A DNA stretch of 64,000 nucleotides from Thermoplasmata archaeon (GCA_052325545.1 JBKQUP010000028.1:7166-71165), one strand, 5' to 3'. Counted from the first letter of the stretch, positions 26,671 to 36,826 are shown. Numbers and translations are program-made. Notes: generated by a model not told the origin, from the sequence alone.

Positions 26671-28274
26671 GCGGATCGTCGCGGAGCCTGACTGCCGCGG
26701 GCACCCCGTACGACCCGCACGCCGCGCGGGCGGTGATCATCGTTCTCGCGGTGATGGCGCTCATGGTCACCTATGTCGAGACGATGGTCCTGCCCGCGTT
26801 CCGGGCCTTCATCACGTTCTTCGACAACGCGCCGACGACGAGCGTCGTCTGGATCCTCTCGGCCTACCTTCTCGTCGGGACCGTCGCCACCCCGGTCTTC
26901 GGGAAGCTCGGTGACAAGTACGGCAAGAAGCGGATGCTGGTCTTCGTGATGGCGCTCTACGCCGTCGCGGTGAGCGTCGCCGGGTTCACGCCCAACATCG
27001 GGTCGGCGCTCGGGGTCAGCACCTCGAACCAGCTCTACCTGCTCATCGGCGCTCGGGCGTTCCAGGGGCTCGGGATGGGCATGTTCCCGCTCGCCTTCGC
27101 CATGCTCCCCGAGGTCTTTCCGGCGGCCCGGGTCGGGCAGGCCCAGGGGATCGTCGCGGGCATGTTCGCGGCCGGCGCAGCGCTCGGGCTTGTCGGCGGA
27201 GGGTACATTGCGTACCGGTTCGGCTGGCAGCTCACCTACCACACCGTGACCCCGGTCGCGATCGTCCTCGTGATTCTCGCGTACGTCTACCTACGGGAGT
27301 CGCCGCACCTCTCTCCGAAGCCGATCGACCTGCCCGGCATCGGCAGCCTCGGCTTCGCCCTCGCGATGGCGATGTTCGGTCTCACGGAGGGGGTCTATTG
27401 GGGCTGGACGAGCTTCTCCGCCGTCACGTTCGCGGGCATCCCATGGGGGGTCCCCGAGTTCTTCCTCCTCGCCCTCGCGGGGACGGCGTTCTTCCTCTAC
27501 TGGGAGCCGCGCGCGCCGACGCCCGTCGTTTCGTTCAAGGCCCTCAAGGAGCGGAACATCTGGATCTCGAACGTGAACGGGGTGATCGTCGGTCTCGGGA
27601 TGTTCCTCATCTTCGTCACCCTCACGATCCTCGTCGAGGACCCGTTCTCGCCCGGCTTCGGCTACAGCGAGTTCCAGATGGGACTGGTCGCGTTCCCCTC
27701 CGCGCTCGGGATGCTCGCCTTCGCCCCACTGTGGGGCCGTTGGGTCGCCGCGAGGGGGCCCAAGCCCGTGATGATCGCCGGCTTCTCGGTCATGGGCCTC
27801 GGCGCGCTCGGGCTGGCCCTGTTCCACTCCTCGATCCTCGAATTGATGGTGTTTACCGTCCCGGCGCTCGTGGGGAACGTCGCGGTGCTGATCGCGATGT
27901 CCAACATCATCGTGCTCTCCGTATCTCCGAAGGAGCTCGGGATCCAGACCGGGATGAACCAGACGTTCCGGAACCTGGGAAGCGCGGTCGGGCCCGTGCT
28001 CGCCGCGGCCGTGACCGCGAGCTTCACCGCGCAGGTCCTCGTCACACCGCCCCCCGTCCCGCCCGTGAACGTCCCGGCGATCACCGGGTTCGTGGTGCTC
28101 TTCGCGGTCACCGCGGGGGTCGCCCTGGTCGGGCTGGTCCTGTCGTTCGGCCTGCGGAACTACCGGTTCCACGTCGATGGAGACCGCCTCGCCGCTCCGT
28201 CCTCGGCGGACGCCGTGCCGACACGGACCGCCGGGGACCGGACGCCCTCCGTGGCGACGGACCGTTCGACGTAG
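26667..28274 (+). CDS. MFS drug/H+ antiporter (DHA2-like, ~14 TM)
   Basis: GKLGDKYGKKR motif A, GARAFQGLG motif B, many TM segments; GTGA overlap with marR. Confidence 0.92.
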   Translation: MSGSSRSLTAAGTPYDPHAARAVIIVLAVMALMVTYVETMVLPAFRAFITFFDNAPTTSVVWILSAYLLVGTVATPVFGKLGDKYGKKRMLVFVMALYAVAVSVAGFTPNIGSALGVSTSNQLYLLIGARAFQGLGMGMFPLAFAMLPEVFPAARVGQAQGIVAGMFAAGAALGLVGGGYIAYRFGWQLTYHTVTPVAIVLVILAYVYLRESPHLSPKPIDLPGIGSLGFALAMAMFGLTEGVYWGWTSFSAVTFAGIPWGVPEFFLLALAGTAFFLYWEPRAPTPVVSFKALKERNIWISNVNGVIVGLGMFLIFVTLTILVEDPFSPGFGYSEFQMGLVAFPSALGMLAFAPLWGRWVAARGPKPVMIAGFSVMGLGALGLALFHSSILELMVFTVPALVGNVAVLIAMSNIIVLSVSPKELGIQTGMNQTFRNLGSAVGPVLAAAVTASFTAQVLVTPPPVPPVNVPAITGFVVLFAVTAGVALVGLVLSFGLRNYRFHVDGDRLAAPSSADAVPTRTAGDRTPSVATDRST

Positions 28275-28308
28275 TCCCGGACGAACGGCCGCGAGGAACC
28301 CGGCTGTC

Positions 28309-31101
28309 CTACGAGCAACCGCTCGTGGAACCGCAGACCGTGCACGCGTAGCACGTGCCCGACCGGACCATGATGCCGCCGCAGATCCCGCACGAAGGGG
28401 CGTCCTCGCTCCCGCTGCCCGAGCCTCCGGAGAACGCGTCCAGGGCGCGGGTCTCGAACTTGACCGTCGTCGGGTGGGACGCGGCCGTCTTCCCCCCGGC
28501 CGCGGGCGCGGGGGCGTGGCCGTTGCCGTTCCCTTCCGCGGCGCCTTCAAGCCCGATCGCGCGCCGCTCGTCCTCGGTCAGGAACTCGAGCGCGAGCCAG
28601 CGGGCCACGTAGTCGGGGATCGACTTCGCGAAGCGGATCTTCGGGTTGTTGGTCGCCCCGGCCGGCTCGAACCGAAGATGGGCGAGCTTGCGGACGAGGT
28701 CCTTCAGCGGCACTCCGTGCTGGAGCGCCATCGACATCGAGATCCCGAGCGAGTCCATGAGGCCGTTCACCGTCGACCCTTCCTTCGTGACCCGGAAGAA
28801 CAGTTCGCCGGGCCGTCCGTCCGGATAGAGCCCGACGGTGACGTACCCGTCGTGGCCGCCGACGGAGAAGTGATGCGTGATGGCCTTCCGCTCGTCCGGC
28901 AGACGCTCCCGGGACGGTCCGCGCGGCCCCACGCGTGCCCCCGGGGCTCGGCCCTTGCCCGTCTCGAACGGTTGGGACGCCTTGCAGCCGTCACGGTAGA
29001 GCGCGACCGACTTGATGCCGAGCTTCCACGCCTCGAGGTAGATCTTCTCGATGTCCTCGACGGTCGCGTCGCTCGGGAGGTTGATCGTCTTGGACGCTCC
29101 GCCCGATAGGAACGGTTGGACCGCGCCGAGCATCTTGAGATGTCCCATTGGCAGGATCGTCCGAACGCTGCCGGAGGGCGCGAGCGCGCAGTCGAAGACG
29201 TTGATATCCTCTGCCTCGAGGCCCGGAGCTCCCTCGATCGTCCCGGTCTTCTCGATGTGCTCCGTGACGGCGCGGATTTCGTCCGGGGAGTAGCCGAGGG
29301 CGAGGAGCCCGTTCGGCACGGTCCGGTTGACCATGCGCATGACGCCGCCGCCGACGAGGTTCTTCACCTTGACCAGGGAGAGCTCGGGCTCGAGCCCGAG
29401 GGTGTCGCAGCCCATGAGGAGCCCGATCGTGCCGGTCGGCGCGATGACGGAGATCTGGGCGTTCCGGTAGCCCCAGAGCTCGCCGGCCTTCACGGTGTCG
29501 TGCCAGCGGTCGACCGCGGCCTGGGCGAACGACGTGAGGCGGGGGTCGTTGTAGGGGATCTCCTCGGCCGCCTTCGCGTGCTTCCCCATGACCCGCAGCA
29601 TCGGGGCCCGGTTCCGCTCGAAGCCGGGGAACGGTCCGACCCGCTTCGCGATCTCGCTCGACATGTGATAGCCCTCGGCCGAGAGGAACGCCGAGACGGA
29701 GGCCGCGAGCGTGCGCCCCGCGTCCGAGTCGTAGGCGAGGCCGTAGTGCATCAGCAGGGCGCCGAGGTTCGCGTACCCGAGCCCGAGCGGCCGGTAGTCG
29801 TGCGAGTTCTGGGCGATCGGCGCGGTCGGGTAGCTCGACACGTCGACGATGATCTCCATCGCGAGGACCATCGTCCGGACGGTCTGCCGGAACAGCTCGA
29901 GGTCGAACTGGCCCTTCGCGTCCAGGAACCGCATCAGGTTGATCGATGCGAGGTTGCACGCCGAGTCGTCCAGGAACAGGTACTCGCTGCACGGGTTGGA
30001 GGCGTTGATTCGACCGGAGTTCGGGCAGGTGTGCCAGTCGTTCGTCACGTCATCGAACTGGACCCCCGGGTCCCCGCAGCGCCAGGCCGCGTACGCGAGC
30101 TTCCGCCACATCTCGCGCGCCGGGTACGTGTCGGCGACCGAGTGGTCGGTCCGGTGGATCGTCTTCCAGTCCTTATCGCGGACGACCGCCTCCATGAACG
30201 CGTCCGGGACGCGGACGGAGTGGTTCGCGTTCTGGTAGGCGATGGACGCGTACGCGGAATCGGGGTCGGTGCCGTCGAAGTTGACCGAATAGCCCTCGCG
30301 GATGAGGGCCGCCGCCTTGTCCTCCTCGCGGACCTTGCAGTCGATGAAGTCGACGATGTCCGGGTGGTCCATGTTGAGGATCACCATCTTCGCGGCGCGG
30401 CGGGTTGTCCCACCGGACTTGATGACGCCCGCGAGGGCGTCGAACGCGCGCATGAACGAAACCGGTCCGGAAGCGATCCCGCCGCCCGCGAGACTCTCGT
30501 GGCTCCCGCGGAGCGGCGAAAGGTTGGTGCCGGTCCCGCTCCCGCCCTTGAACAGGCGGCCCTCGCTCGTCGCGAGCGCCAGGATCGAGTCCATGTCGTC
30601 GCTGATCGACTGGATGAAGCACGCCGAGCACTGCGGCGGCTCGCGGACGCCGACGTTGAACCAGACGGGGCTGTTGAACGCCGCCATCTGCTGGACCATG
30701 AGGTACGACAGGCTCTCCTCGAACGTGGTCGCCTCGTCCGGAGTGTCGAGGTAGCCGAGGTCGAGGCCCCGCTCGGCCATGAAGTGACAGACGCGGCGGA
30801 TCATCCCGTCGATCGAGTTCTCCCGGCGGCCCTGAAGGACGCGGAAGTACTTCGACGCGGCGATGTTGACACTCGTCTCGGACCAGGACGTCGGGGCGTG
30901 GATCCCCTTCTGCTCGAAGATGACCTTCCCCTCGGCGTTCTTGATCACCGCGTCGTGCGTCCTCCATTGCACCGTGTCGAACGCGGTCTTTCCGCGAGGA
31001 ACGAGGCGAGGCACGGGAATCGGTTCACGCCCGATGCGAGCGGCGGGTCGTCCGGTCGGCTCGTCCGACGCGGGCACGCTGCGCTTCTTGGCCACTGCCA
31101 T
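28309..31101 (-). CDS. nrdJ: Class II (adenosylcobalamin-dependent) ribonucleotide reductase with C-terminal TSCPD/Zn-finger region
   Basis: FNSPVWFN, PQCSACFI, GGTTRRAAKM, ASNPCSEY (radical Cys), ACNLASIN, IAPTGTIG, SKTINLP, RFEPAG, CGICGG..GTCYACTVCG. Confidence 0.95.
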   Translation of the reverse strand: MAVAKKRSVPASDEPTGRPAARIGREPIPVPRLVPRGKTAFDTVQWRTHDAVIKNAEGKVIFEQKGIHAPTSWSETSVNIAASKYFRVLQGRRENSIDGMIRRVCHFMAERGLDLGYLDTPDEATTFEESLSYLMVQQMAAFNSPVWFNVGVREPPQCSACFIQSISDDMDSILALATSEGRLFKGGSGTGTNLSPLRGSHESLAGGGIASGPVSFMRAFDALAGVIKSGGTTRRAAKMVILNMDHPDIVDFIDCKVREEDKAAALIREGYSVNFDGTDPDSAYASIAYQNANHSVRVPDAFMEAVVRDKDWKTIHRTDHSVADTYPAREMWRKLAYAAWRCGDPGVQFDDVTNDWHTCPNSGRINASNPCSEYLFLDDSACNLASINLMRFLDAKGQFDLELFRQTVRTMVLAMEIIVDVSSYPTAPIAQNSHDYRPLGLGYANLGALLMHYGLAYDSDAGRTLAASVSAFLSAEGYHMSSEIAKRVGPFPGFERNRAPMLRVMGKHAKAAEEIPYNDPRLTSFAQAAVDRWHDTVKAGELWGYRNAQISVIAPTGTIGLLMGCDTLGLEPELSLVKVKNLVGGGVMRMVNRTVPNGLLALGYSPDEIRAVTEHIEKTGTIEGAPGLEAEDINVFDCALAPSGSVRTILPMGHLKMLGAVQPFLSGGASKTINLPSDATVEDIEKIYLEAWKLGIKSVALYRDGCKASQPFETGKGRAPGARVGPRGPSRERLPDERKAITHHFSVGGHDGYVTVGLYPDGRPGELFFRVTKEGSTVNGLMDSLGISMSMALQHGVPLKDLVRKLAHLRFEPAGATNNPKIRFAKSIPDYVARWLALEFLTEDERRAIGLEGAAEGNGNGHAPAPAAGGKTAASHPTTVKFETRALDAFSGGSGSGSEDAPSCGICGGIMVRSGTCYACTVCGSTSGCS

Positions 31102-31280
31102 GACGGCTTTACTCCTGAAGGGTCGATGGGCCTTCCCGACCGATAGGTAATAACACCACGCGAGAGCCTAACCCATCGGTCGGTCACTGAAACGGCCCTG
31201 TCGAGGGGCTGTTTCGCGACGATGGCCGACGGTCGAGGACGCGGATGGTGTCGCTCGGGACACCGTGAAAACCCTCCGGG
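31102..31280 (-). promoter_or_regulatory. Long structured 5' leader of nrdJ (candidate cis-regulatory RNA)
   Basis: TATA-like CATATAC near 31300-31306 implies a ~175-nt leader; it contains a 12-bp stem (31172-31183 with 31136-31147) and an alternative 7-bp pairing next to the SD. Confidence 0.4.
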
Positions 31281-31443
31281 TGCGAGCCAAGTGTCATCCG
31301 GTATATGTCTGCTTGGTCGTCGCGACGACGACAACGTCGAAAATCACGTCGTCCGAAGCGCACACGCCGTTCCTTGGTAAGAGGGGTTCCGAATTTCCGA
31401 ACGCTCCCCGGTTCTAAGTACGGGAAACGACCCGGTTCCTGCG

Positions 31444-32466
31444 ATGACCGAGGGAACTCGCCCCCGTCGGTTCCCTCGAGCGGTGGCGTTCTTCCGGCGA
31501 CACCCCGTTCTTCTCTTTCTCTGCTTCACCCCCGGGATTCCCGAGTACCTCTCGGGCTCGACACCGGTCGCCGCCCTCGTCTACGCGCCCGGCGGTTTCC
31601 TCCTCTTTCTCGCCCTCAACCTGGGTCTCTACGGGCCCGGGGTCCTTCTCGTTCGAGAGGCGTTCGTACGGTGGCGACCCGGATGGGCGGGAGTGGTCCT
31701 CCTCGGTGCCGCCTACGGGCTCCTCGAGGAGGGTACCGCGCTCAGCACGCTGTTCAACCCCCATGCATCGGTCGTGGGCGCCCTCGGCTCCTACGGGCGA
31801 TTCGCCGGAGTGAACTGGGTCTGGGCGGTGGGAGTGCTCGGCGTGCACATCGTCCTCAGCGTCGGTCTTCCGATCCTCCTCCTCGGCCTCGCGCTTCCCG
31901 AGACGCGCGGCCGCCCGCTCCTATCGAGCCGGGAGGTCCCCATCGCCCTCGTCGTCTACGCCGTCGACATCGGTGTGCTGGTCTTCGCCACCGGATACTG
32001 GCGGACCGCACCGTGGCTCCTCGTGTCGGCCGTCGTTCTCGCCGGGCTCCTCTACGCGGTCACCCGACGGCTCCCGCACGGCACGCTCGACCCTACGAAC
32101 TCCGGTCCTCGCCTGGCTCCGGGTTGGTTCCTCGGGCTCGGGATCGCCTTCTACCCGATCCTGCTCCTCGTGCCCGGTCTCGGGGAGCAGTTCTCCCTCT
32201 GGCCGCCGGCCACGATCGCGGTCGACCTTCTCCTCAGCGGAGCCCTGTTCCTGTTCGTACGTCGGGAGGTCGGTCGCAGCAGGAACGAAGCGGCGCTGAC
32301 GATGCTGGCCCTTGGCGCCCTCGTCCCGATCGCCGTGATCGGGCTCGTCTCCCAGTTCTTCCTGCCGGTGGTGCTCGTCCCTGACGTACTCTTCGGACTG
32401 TTCTTCTACGCCCTCTGGACGCGCTACCGACCCGGACCGACCGTTCCACCGGTCGGGGCGACCTAG
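31444..32466 (+). CDS. Multi-pass membrane protein of unknown function
   Basis: About 9 hydrophobic segments; motifs PGIPEYLSGS and LLGAAYGLLEEG. Confidence 0.75.
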   Translation: MTEGTRPRRFPRAVAFFRRHPVLLFLCFTPGIPEYLSGSTPVAALVYAPGGFLLFLALNLGLYGPGVLLVREAFVRWRPGWAGVVLLGAAYGLLEEGTALSTLFNPHASVVGALGSYGRFAGVNWVWAVGVLGVHIVLSVGLPILLLGLALPETRGRPLLSSREVPIALVVYAVDIGVLVFATGYWRTAPWLLVSAVVLAGLLYAVTRRLPHGTLDPTNSGPRLAPGWFLGLGIAFYPILLLVPGLGEQFSLWPPATIAVDLLLSGALFLFVRREVGRSRNEAALTMLALGALVPIAVIGLVSQFFLPVVLVPDVLFGLFFYALWTRYRPGPTVPPVGAT

Positions 32467-32616
32467 CCGGTCGCCAGGAACCGCGATGACGCCCGGCAAC
32501 TTGGAACTCGCGGTCCGAGCCACGAGGGGACACGCCGTCGGGCCGGCGAACGATTCGCCCTCCCGAAGGTGGGTTCAATATCCTCGCTGGCCTGCCTCGT
32601 GACGAGGTCCTCGAAA

Positions 32617-33021
32617 ATGCCCGCCGCGAAGAAGGCTGCCCAACTGCCGAAGGTCACTTTCGGAAGCGTCGCGGTCGTCGTCTCGGACCGCGCGAGGTCG
32701 CTCGCCTGGTACACGAAGAACTTCGGGCTCGACGTGATGATGAAGCTCGACGCCCAAGCGGGGCACTGGGTGACCGTCGGCCGAAAGGGGCAGAACGGGG
32801 TCGTGCATCTCTGCCAGATGACCGAATTCGACCCGTCGTTCCCGCTCGAGCCGGGCAACACAGGGATCCAGTTCCATCTTCCGGGGGACTTTCGGGATTC
32901 CTGCGCCGCGCTCGAGGCGAATGGGGTCCACTTCACCCGGCCTCCGAAGAAGGAGCCATGGGGTTGGTGGGCCCAGGTCGCCGATCCGGACGGGAACCTG
33001 ATCATGCTCACTCCCGCGTAG
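32617..33021 (+). CDS. VOC/glyoxalase family protein
   Basis: VAVVVSDRARSLAWYTKNFG, HWVTV, KKEPWGWWAQVADPDGNLIML. Confidence 0.9.
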   Translation: MPAAKKAAQLPKVTFGSVAVVVSDRARSLAWYTKNFGLDVMMKLDAQAGHWVTVGRKGQNGVVHLCQMTEFDPSFPLEPGNTGIQFHLPGDFRDSCAALEANGVHFTRPPKKEPWGWWAQVADPDGNLIMLTPA

Positions 33022-33057
33022 GCGGAGGCCGAGCTCGATGGTCGGGTGACTCGTTCG

Positions 33058-33098
33058 AAAAAAAGAGATTGGGAACCTTCCCGAAGGAAGGCTCCCAA
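33058..33098 (-). terminator. Hairpin plus U-tract terminator of the small basic protein gene
   Basis: Minus strand TTGGGAGCCTTCC-TTCG-GGAAGGTTCCCAA-TCTCTTTTTTT: 13-bp stem with one G-U, C(UUCG)G tetraloop. Confidence 0.8.
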
Positions 33099-33114
33099 GA
33101 AAGGGTGACGCCGT

Positions 33115-33330
33115 TTAGGCGTTCTTCATCTTGGCGCGCGAGATGAAGCCCTTCTTGTCAAGGAAGTACATGTACCCGTCTTGACGGGTGACTTTCTCGG
33201 TGCCGACCCGGCCCTTCTTGCCGGACTTGTTCAGCTTCGTCGGGGTCTTCCAGAGATACCCGTCCTTGCCGAGATAGTACAGGTAACCCTTCTCTCGCTT
33301 GATCTGCTCCTTGCCTACACGTTCCGCCAT
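33115..33330 (-). CDS. Small Lys-rich protein with internal duplication (candidate nucleic-acid-binding protein)
   Basis: 71 aa; two copies of K..[IV].R..GY.Y[YF]L.K.G[YF]; own TATA-like box and terminator. Confidence 0.85.
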   Translation of the reverse strand: MAERVGKEQIKREKGYLYYLGKDGYLWKTPTKLNKSGKKGRVGTEKVTRQDGYMYFLDKKGFISRAKMKNA

Positions 33331-33368
33331 TTTGGCGACCTCGAGGGCGAGGAGTGGAGCCCCCCTAT

Positions 33369-34640
33369 TTAGAAGTGCTGACGGAGTGTCGGCGGAGAAA
33401 TCGGGTTTCCCTGACGGAAAACCGAGCCCGGAATCACGTCGAAACGGTACCCGAGCTGGTCGACGGCTCGGACAGGGAACACGGCAAAGTCGGCGGGCTG
33501 GCCCGCCGCGACCGTACCCGCGTCCTCGAGGCCGACCGCGTGCGCCGCGTTGACGGTCGCCGCCGTCAGCGCTTCCGCCGGCGAGAGCCGCGCGGCGTGG
33601 ACGGCGTGGGCAAGCACGAGAGGCATCGCCTCGACCCAGGAGTTCGGCGAGCAGTCCGTGCCGAGGGCGACCGGGACCCCCGCATCCACCATCTCCCGGC
33701 CTTGGCTCCGGACGCCGGGGGAGGCGGTGAGGGCCGTGATGGGGAGGAGCACCGCGGTGACACCGCTCTTGGCGAGGAGCGCGCGGTCCTCCGCCCGCGC
33801 CGCGAGCAGGTGGTCGGCCGACACCGCGCCCAGGCGCGCGGCGAGGCGGGCCCCGCCGGAGAGGACGAACTCCTCGGCGTGGATCTTGACGCCGAGCCCG
33901 AGGGAGAGCGCGGCGCGGAGGAGCCGCTCGGATTGGCGGGCGGAGAAGAACCCCGGCTCGCAGAAGACGTCGCAGAAGCGGGCGAGTCCCTCCTTCGCGA
34001 CCCTCGGAAGCGCCTCCCGAACGAGGAGGTCGACGTACGCGTCGGGCCGGGCCCGGTATTCGGGCGCGACCGCGTGCGCGCCGAGGAACGTGGGCACGAG
34101 CCGTAGGCCCGTCCGCAGGGCGAGCCGGGGCACGAGCCGGAGCAGCCGCAGCTCCCCCTCGACCGTGAGAGCGTAGCCGGACTTCACCTCGACCGAGGTG
34201 GTTCCCCAGCCTCCCATGCGACCCAGCCGGGCGGCGGTCGCCGCGATCAGGGCCGCGTCGGATGCCTTTCGGGTCGCCCGTACGGTCGCGTAGAGGCCTC
34301 CGCCGGCCCGGGCGATCTCGGCGTACCCGACCCCTCTCACCTTGAGCGGGAGCTCGAACGCGCGGTCCCCCGCGAAGAGGACGTGGGTATGGGCGTCCAC
34401 GAACCCGGGGACCACGACCCCGCCGTCCGCCGAAAGGCGCCGCCCTCCGGGACGAAGGCGGACGGCCCGGGACAGGGCGCGTTCGCGCCCGACCCACGCG
34501 AAGCGTCCCTCGGCGACCGCGATCGCCGCGTCCGAGACGACCCCGAGCTCCTCGGCGTCCTTTCCGATGCGCGGCACGGGTCCCCGGGCGAGGGTGGCGA
34601 GCTCGCGGATGTCGGTCACGACGAGGTCGGCCCGTATCAT
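33369..34640 (-). CDS. hutI: Imidazolonepropionase
   Basis: PGFVDAHTHVLFAGDRA.E, GGGLYATV, EVKSGYAL, TFLGAHA, DVFCEPGFF, KIHAEE, SADHL, ALGTDCSP. Confidence 0.92.
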   Translation of the reverse strand: MIRADLVVTDIRELATLARGPVPRIGKDAEELGVVSDAAIAVAEGRFAWVGRERALSRAVRLRPGGRRLSADGGVVVPGFVDAHTHVLFAGDRAFELPLKVRGVGYAEIARAGGGLYATVRATRKASDAALIAATAARLGRMGGWGTTSVEVKSGYALTVEGELRLLRLVPRLALRTGLRLVPTFLGAHAVAPEYRARPDAYVDLLVREALPRVAKEGLARFCDVFCEPGFFSARQSERLLRAALSLGLGVKIHAEEFVLSGGARLAARLGAVSADHLLAARAEDRALLAKSGVTAVLLPITALTASPGVRSQGREMVDAGVPVALGTDCSPNSWVEAMPLVLAHAVHAARLSPAEALTAATVNAAHAVGLEDAGTVAAGQPADFAVFPVRAVDQLGYRFDVIPGSVFRQGNPISPPTLRQHF

Positions 34641-35539
34641 GGTTGTAGGATGGGGTGGTCGAGGAGGTCCCGAGCAATGAGAGAGCTCGGGAAAAGGATG
34701 CGGGCCTCGGATTCGAGCGGCTCCAGCTCCTTGTAGCGGGCCGAGAAGTGGGTGAGGAAGAGGGTCGCGACCTCGGCCGCGTTCGCGAGCTCGGCGGCCT
34801 GGCGGGCCGAGGAGTGGCCCCACTCGTTCGCCTGGGCCTCGAGATCCTGGGAGACCGTCGCCTCGTGGATGAGGACGGTCGCGCGGTGCGCGAGGCGTCG
34901 GATATCCTCGGACGGCGCGGTGTCGCCCGAATAGACCACCGACCGGCCGGAACGCGGCGGCCCCATCACATCCGAAGGGCTCACGACGGTCGATCCGACC
35001 CGGACCGACTCGCCGGCCTCGAGCTTGGCAAAGTCCCGCCCGTGGATCCCGAGGGAACGGGCCTTCTCCCCGTCGAACCGGCCCCGCTTGGGGCCCTCCT
35101 CGACCCGAAACGCGAGGGACGGGACGGGGTGGATGGCGGCCGCGGTACGCACGGTATAGCCGTCCAGCTCCACCGTGGCCCCGGCGGAAAGCGCGTGGAC
35201 CGTCACCGGGAAACGGAGGGTGAAGTATCCCATCCGAAGCGCCCTCCCGACCATTTCTTCGGCATCCGGAGGCCCGTAGATGTCGAGCGGCTCGGTACGG
35301 TTGTTGAGGCACATGCTCTGGATGAGGCCCGGGAGGCCGAGAAAGTGGTCGCCGTGGAAATGGGTCAGGAAGACCCGGCGGACCCGCATGAACGACGCGG
35401 ACGACTGGAAGAACTGACGCTGTGTGCCTTCCCCGCAGTCGAGGAGGATGAGCTCCTTCTCCGCGTCGAGCGCGATCGCGCTCGCCGACCGCTCCTTGGT
35501 CGGCCACGAGCCGGCGGTGCCGAGAAAGGTAAGGCGCAT
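34637..35539 (-). CDS. rnz: Ribonuclease Z
   Basis: LTFLGTAGSWP, LLDCGEGTQRQ, THFHGDHFLG, exosite arm, YSGDT, HEAT, GHSSA, LTHFSARY. Confidence 0.95.
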   Translation of the reverse strand: MRLTFLGTAGSWPTKERSASAIALDAEKELILLDCGEGTQRQFFQSSASFMRVRRVFLTHFHGDHFLGLPGLIQSMCLNNRTEPLDIYGPPDAEEMVGRALRMGYFTLRFPVTVHALSAGATVELDGYTVRTAAAIHPVPSLAFRVEEGPKRGRFDGEKARSLGIHGRDFAKLEAGESVRVGSTVVSPSDVMGPPRSGRSVVYSGDTAPSEDIRRLAHRATVLIHEATVSQDLEAQANEWGHSSARQAAELANAAEVATLFLTHFSARYKELEPLESEARILFPSSLIARDLLDHPILQP

Positions 35540-35650
35540 CGGACAGCCGCACCTTGTTTCGGGTAAAAGGCCGTTGGGGGATGGCCCTCCCGGGTCTTCG
35601 CCTCCTTTCCGAGGCAAAAGAGGAAAAGGAGCGTACCGCTGGGTCGGCCG

Positions 35651-36826
35651 ATGGTCGACTGGGACCGGGTGGAAGAGCTCCGGTCGAAAGGCTGGGACTG
35701 GGACAAGATCGCGGACGACCCGAAGGTCGCGTTCCATCCCGATTCCTCCGTGGAGGAACCCGGGCGCGCCCTCCGCGGACTCTATCACCGACAGCGATCG
35801 CGACAGCGTCGGCAAGGCGAAGCCCCCAAGACCGTGGCCCCGTCCAAGGAGGACCGGGAGAAGGCGGAACGAAAATGGACGCTCCCCCGTATCGGCTACC
35901 TCCTGGTGCCGGTCTTCGCCATCTGGTTCACGCTGGCCTACATCGTTCCCTCGCCGGTCGGACTGGTCCTACCGGCGATTCCGTACCTCGCTCTCGGCCT
36001 CGTCATCGTGGCCTTCCTCCTCCTCTTCGGTCTATTCCGCTCGACCGGGGCGCGCTGGTCGAAGGTCTACCGGTCGACCTTGGTGACGGGTATCGTTCTC
36101 GGCCTCGTGATCTCGGGGGTCATCGCCCTCGGCGGCGTCCTGTTCTTCGGCTGCCCGGTCCTCCCGTCCTCGGGGGCATCCGAACCCGCCCCCGGTTGGA
36201 CCTCGATCAGCGGCGTCTCCCCGTGGCATGAGAACGGTCTGCCGGTCGTCTACTTCTACGGCGCGACCTGGTGCCCGTACTGCTCCGCGAGCAGTTGGGC
36301 CATCTGGAAGGCGCTGAGCGGGTTCGGAACCGTGACCGGGGCCACTACGATGTACTCGGCCGAGGACTCCATTCCGGAGGTCGACCTATCGAACGCCCAA
36401 GTCACCTCCGCCACTCCCACCGTCACGTTCGTGGTGAACGAGGATACGTCGGGAGTCCAGGGGAACTTCCCGACCACCAGCAACTGCGTCGAGCAGGCGT
36501 ACGTCAGCGCCTACTCGGGCAGCTCGATCCCGTTCGTCGTGATCAATGGCCAGTACGTCCACGGCGGTTCCTCGCTCCTTTCGCCGGGGGACGTCAACGC
36601 GTTCACCACCGCCCAGTTGCAGCAACAGGTCGGGACCGGCAGTGGAGCGGCCTGGACCGTGGTCCAGGGACAGACCTGGTGGATGATGGCGTTCATGGCC
36701 AAGTCGGCCGGCGCTACGCCCGCCAACCTGGCGCAGCAACCGTACTACTCGGGATGGGGCACCACCGCCGTGTGGGGCGGCGGCACCCAGAGCTCCGTCG
36801 CGAGCGACCTTTCCTTGATCACGTAG
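35651..36826 (+). CDS. DUF929-family membrane-anchored thioredoxin-like protein
   Basis: Three TM helices, then VYFYGATWCPYCSASSWAIWKALSGFG (CxxC) and IPFVVINGQY. Confidence 0.8.
   Translation: MVDWDRVEELRSKGWDWDKIADDPKVAFHPDSSVEEPGRALRGLYHRQRSRQRRQGEAPKTVAPSKEDREKAERKWTLPRIGYLLVPVFAIWFTLAYIVPSPVGLVLPAIPYLALGLVIVAFLLLFGLFRSTGARWSKVYRSTLVTGIVLGLVISGVIALGGVLFFGCPVLPSSGASEPAPGWTSISGVSPWHENGLPVVYFYGATWCPYCSASSWAIWKALSGFGTVTGATTMYSAEDSIPEVDLSNAQVTSATPTVTFVVNEDTSGVQGNFPTTSNCVEQAYVSAYSGSSIPFVVINGQYVHGGSSLLSPGDVNAFTTAQLQQQVGTGSGAAWTVVQGQTWWMMAFMAKSAGATPANLAQQPYYSGWGTTAVWGGGTQSSVASDLSLIT

Noticed and set aside
31102-31310. Cobalamin riboswitch or NrdR box before nrdJ
   Set aside because: No AGGGAA..GGUG.AA.UCC / GCCACUG / AGCCAG core and no clear NrdR consensus.
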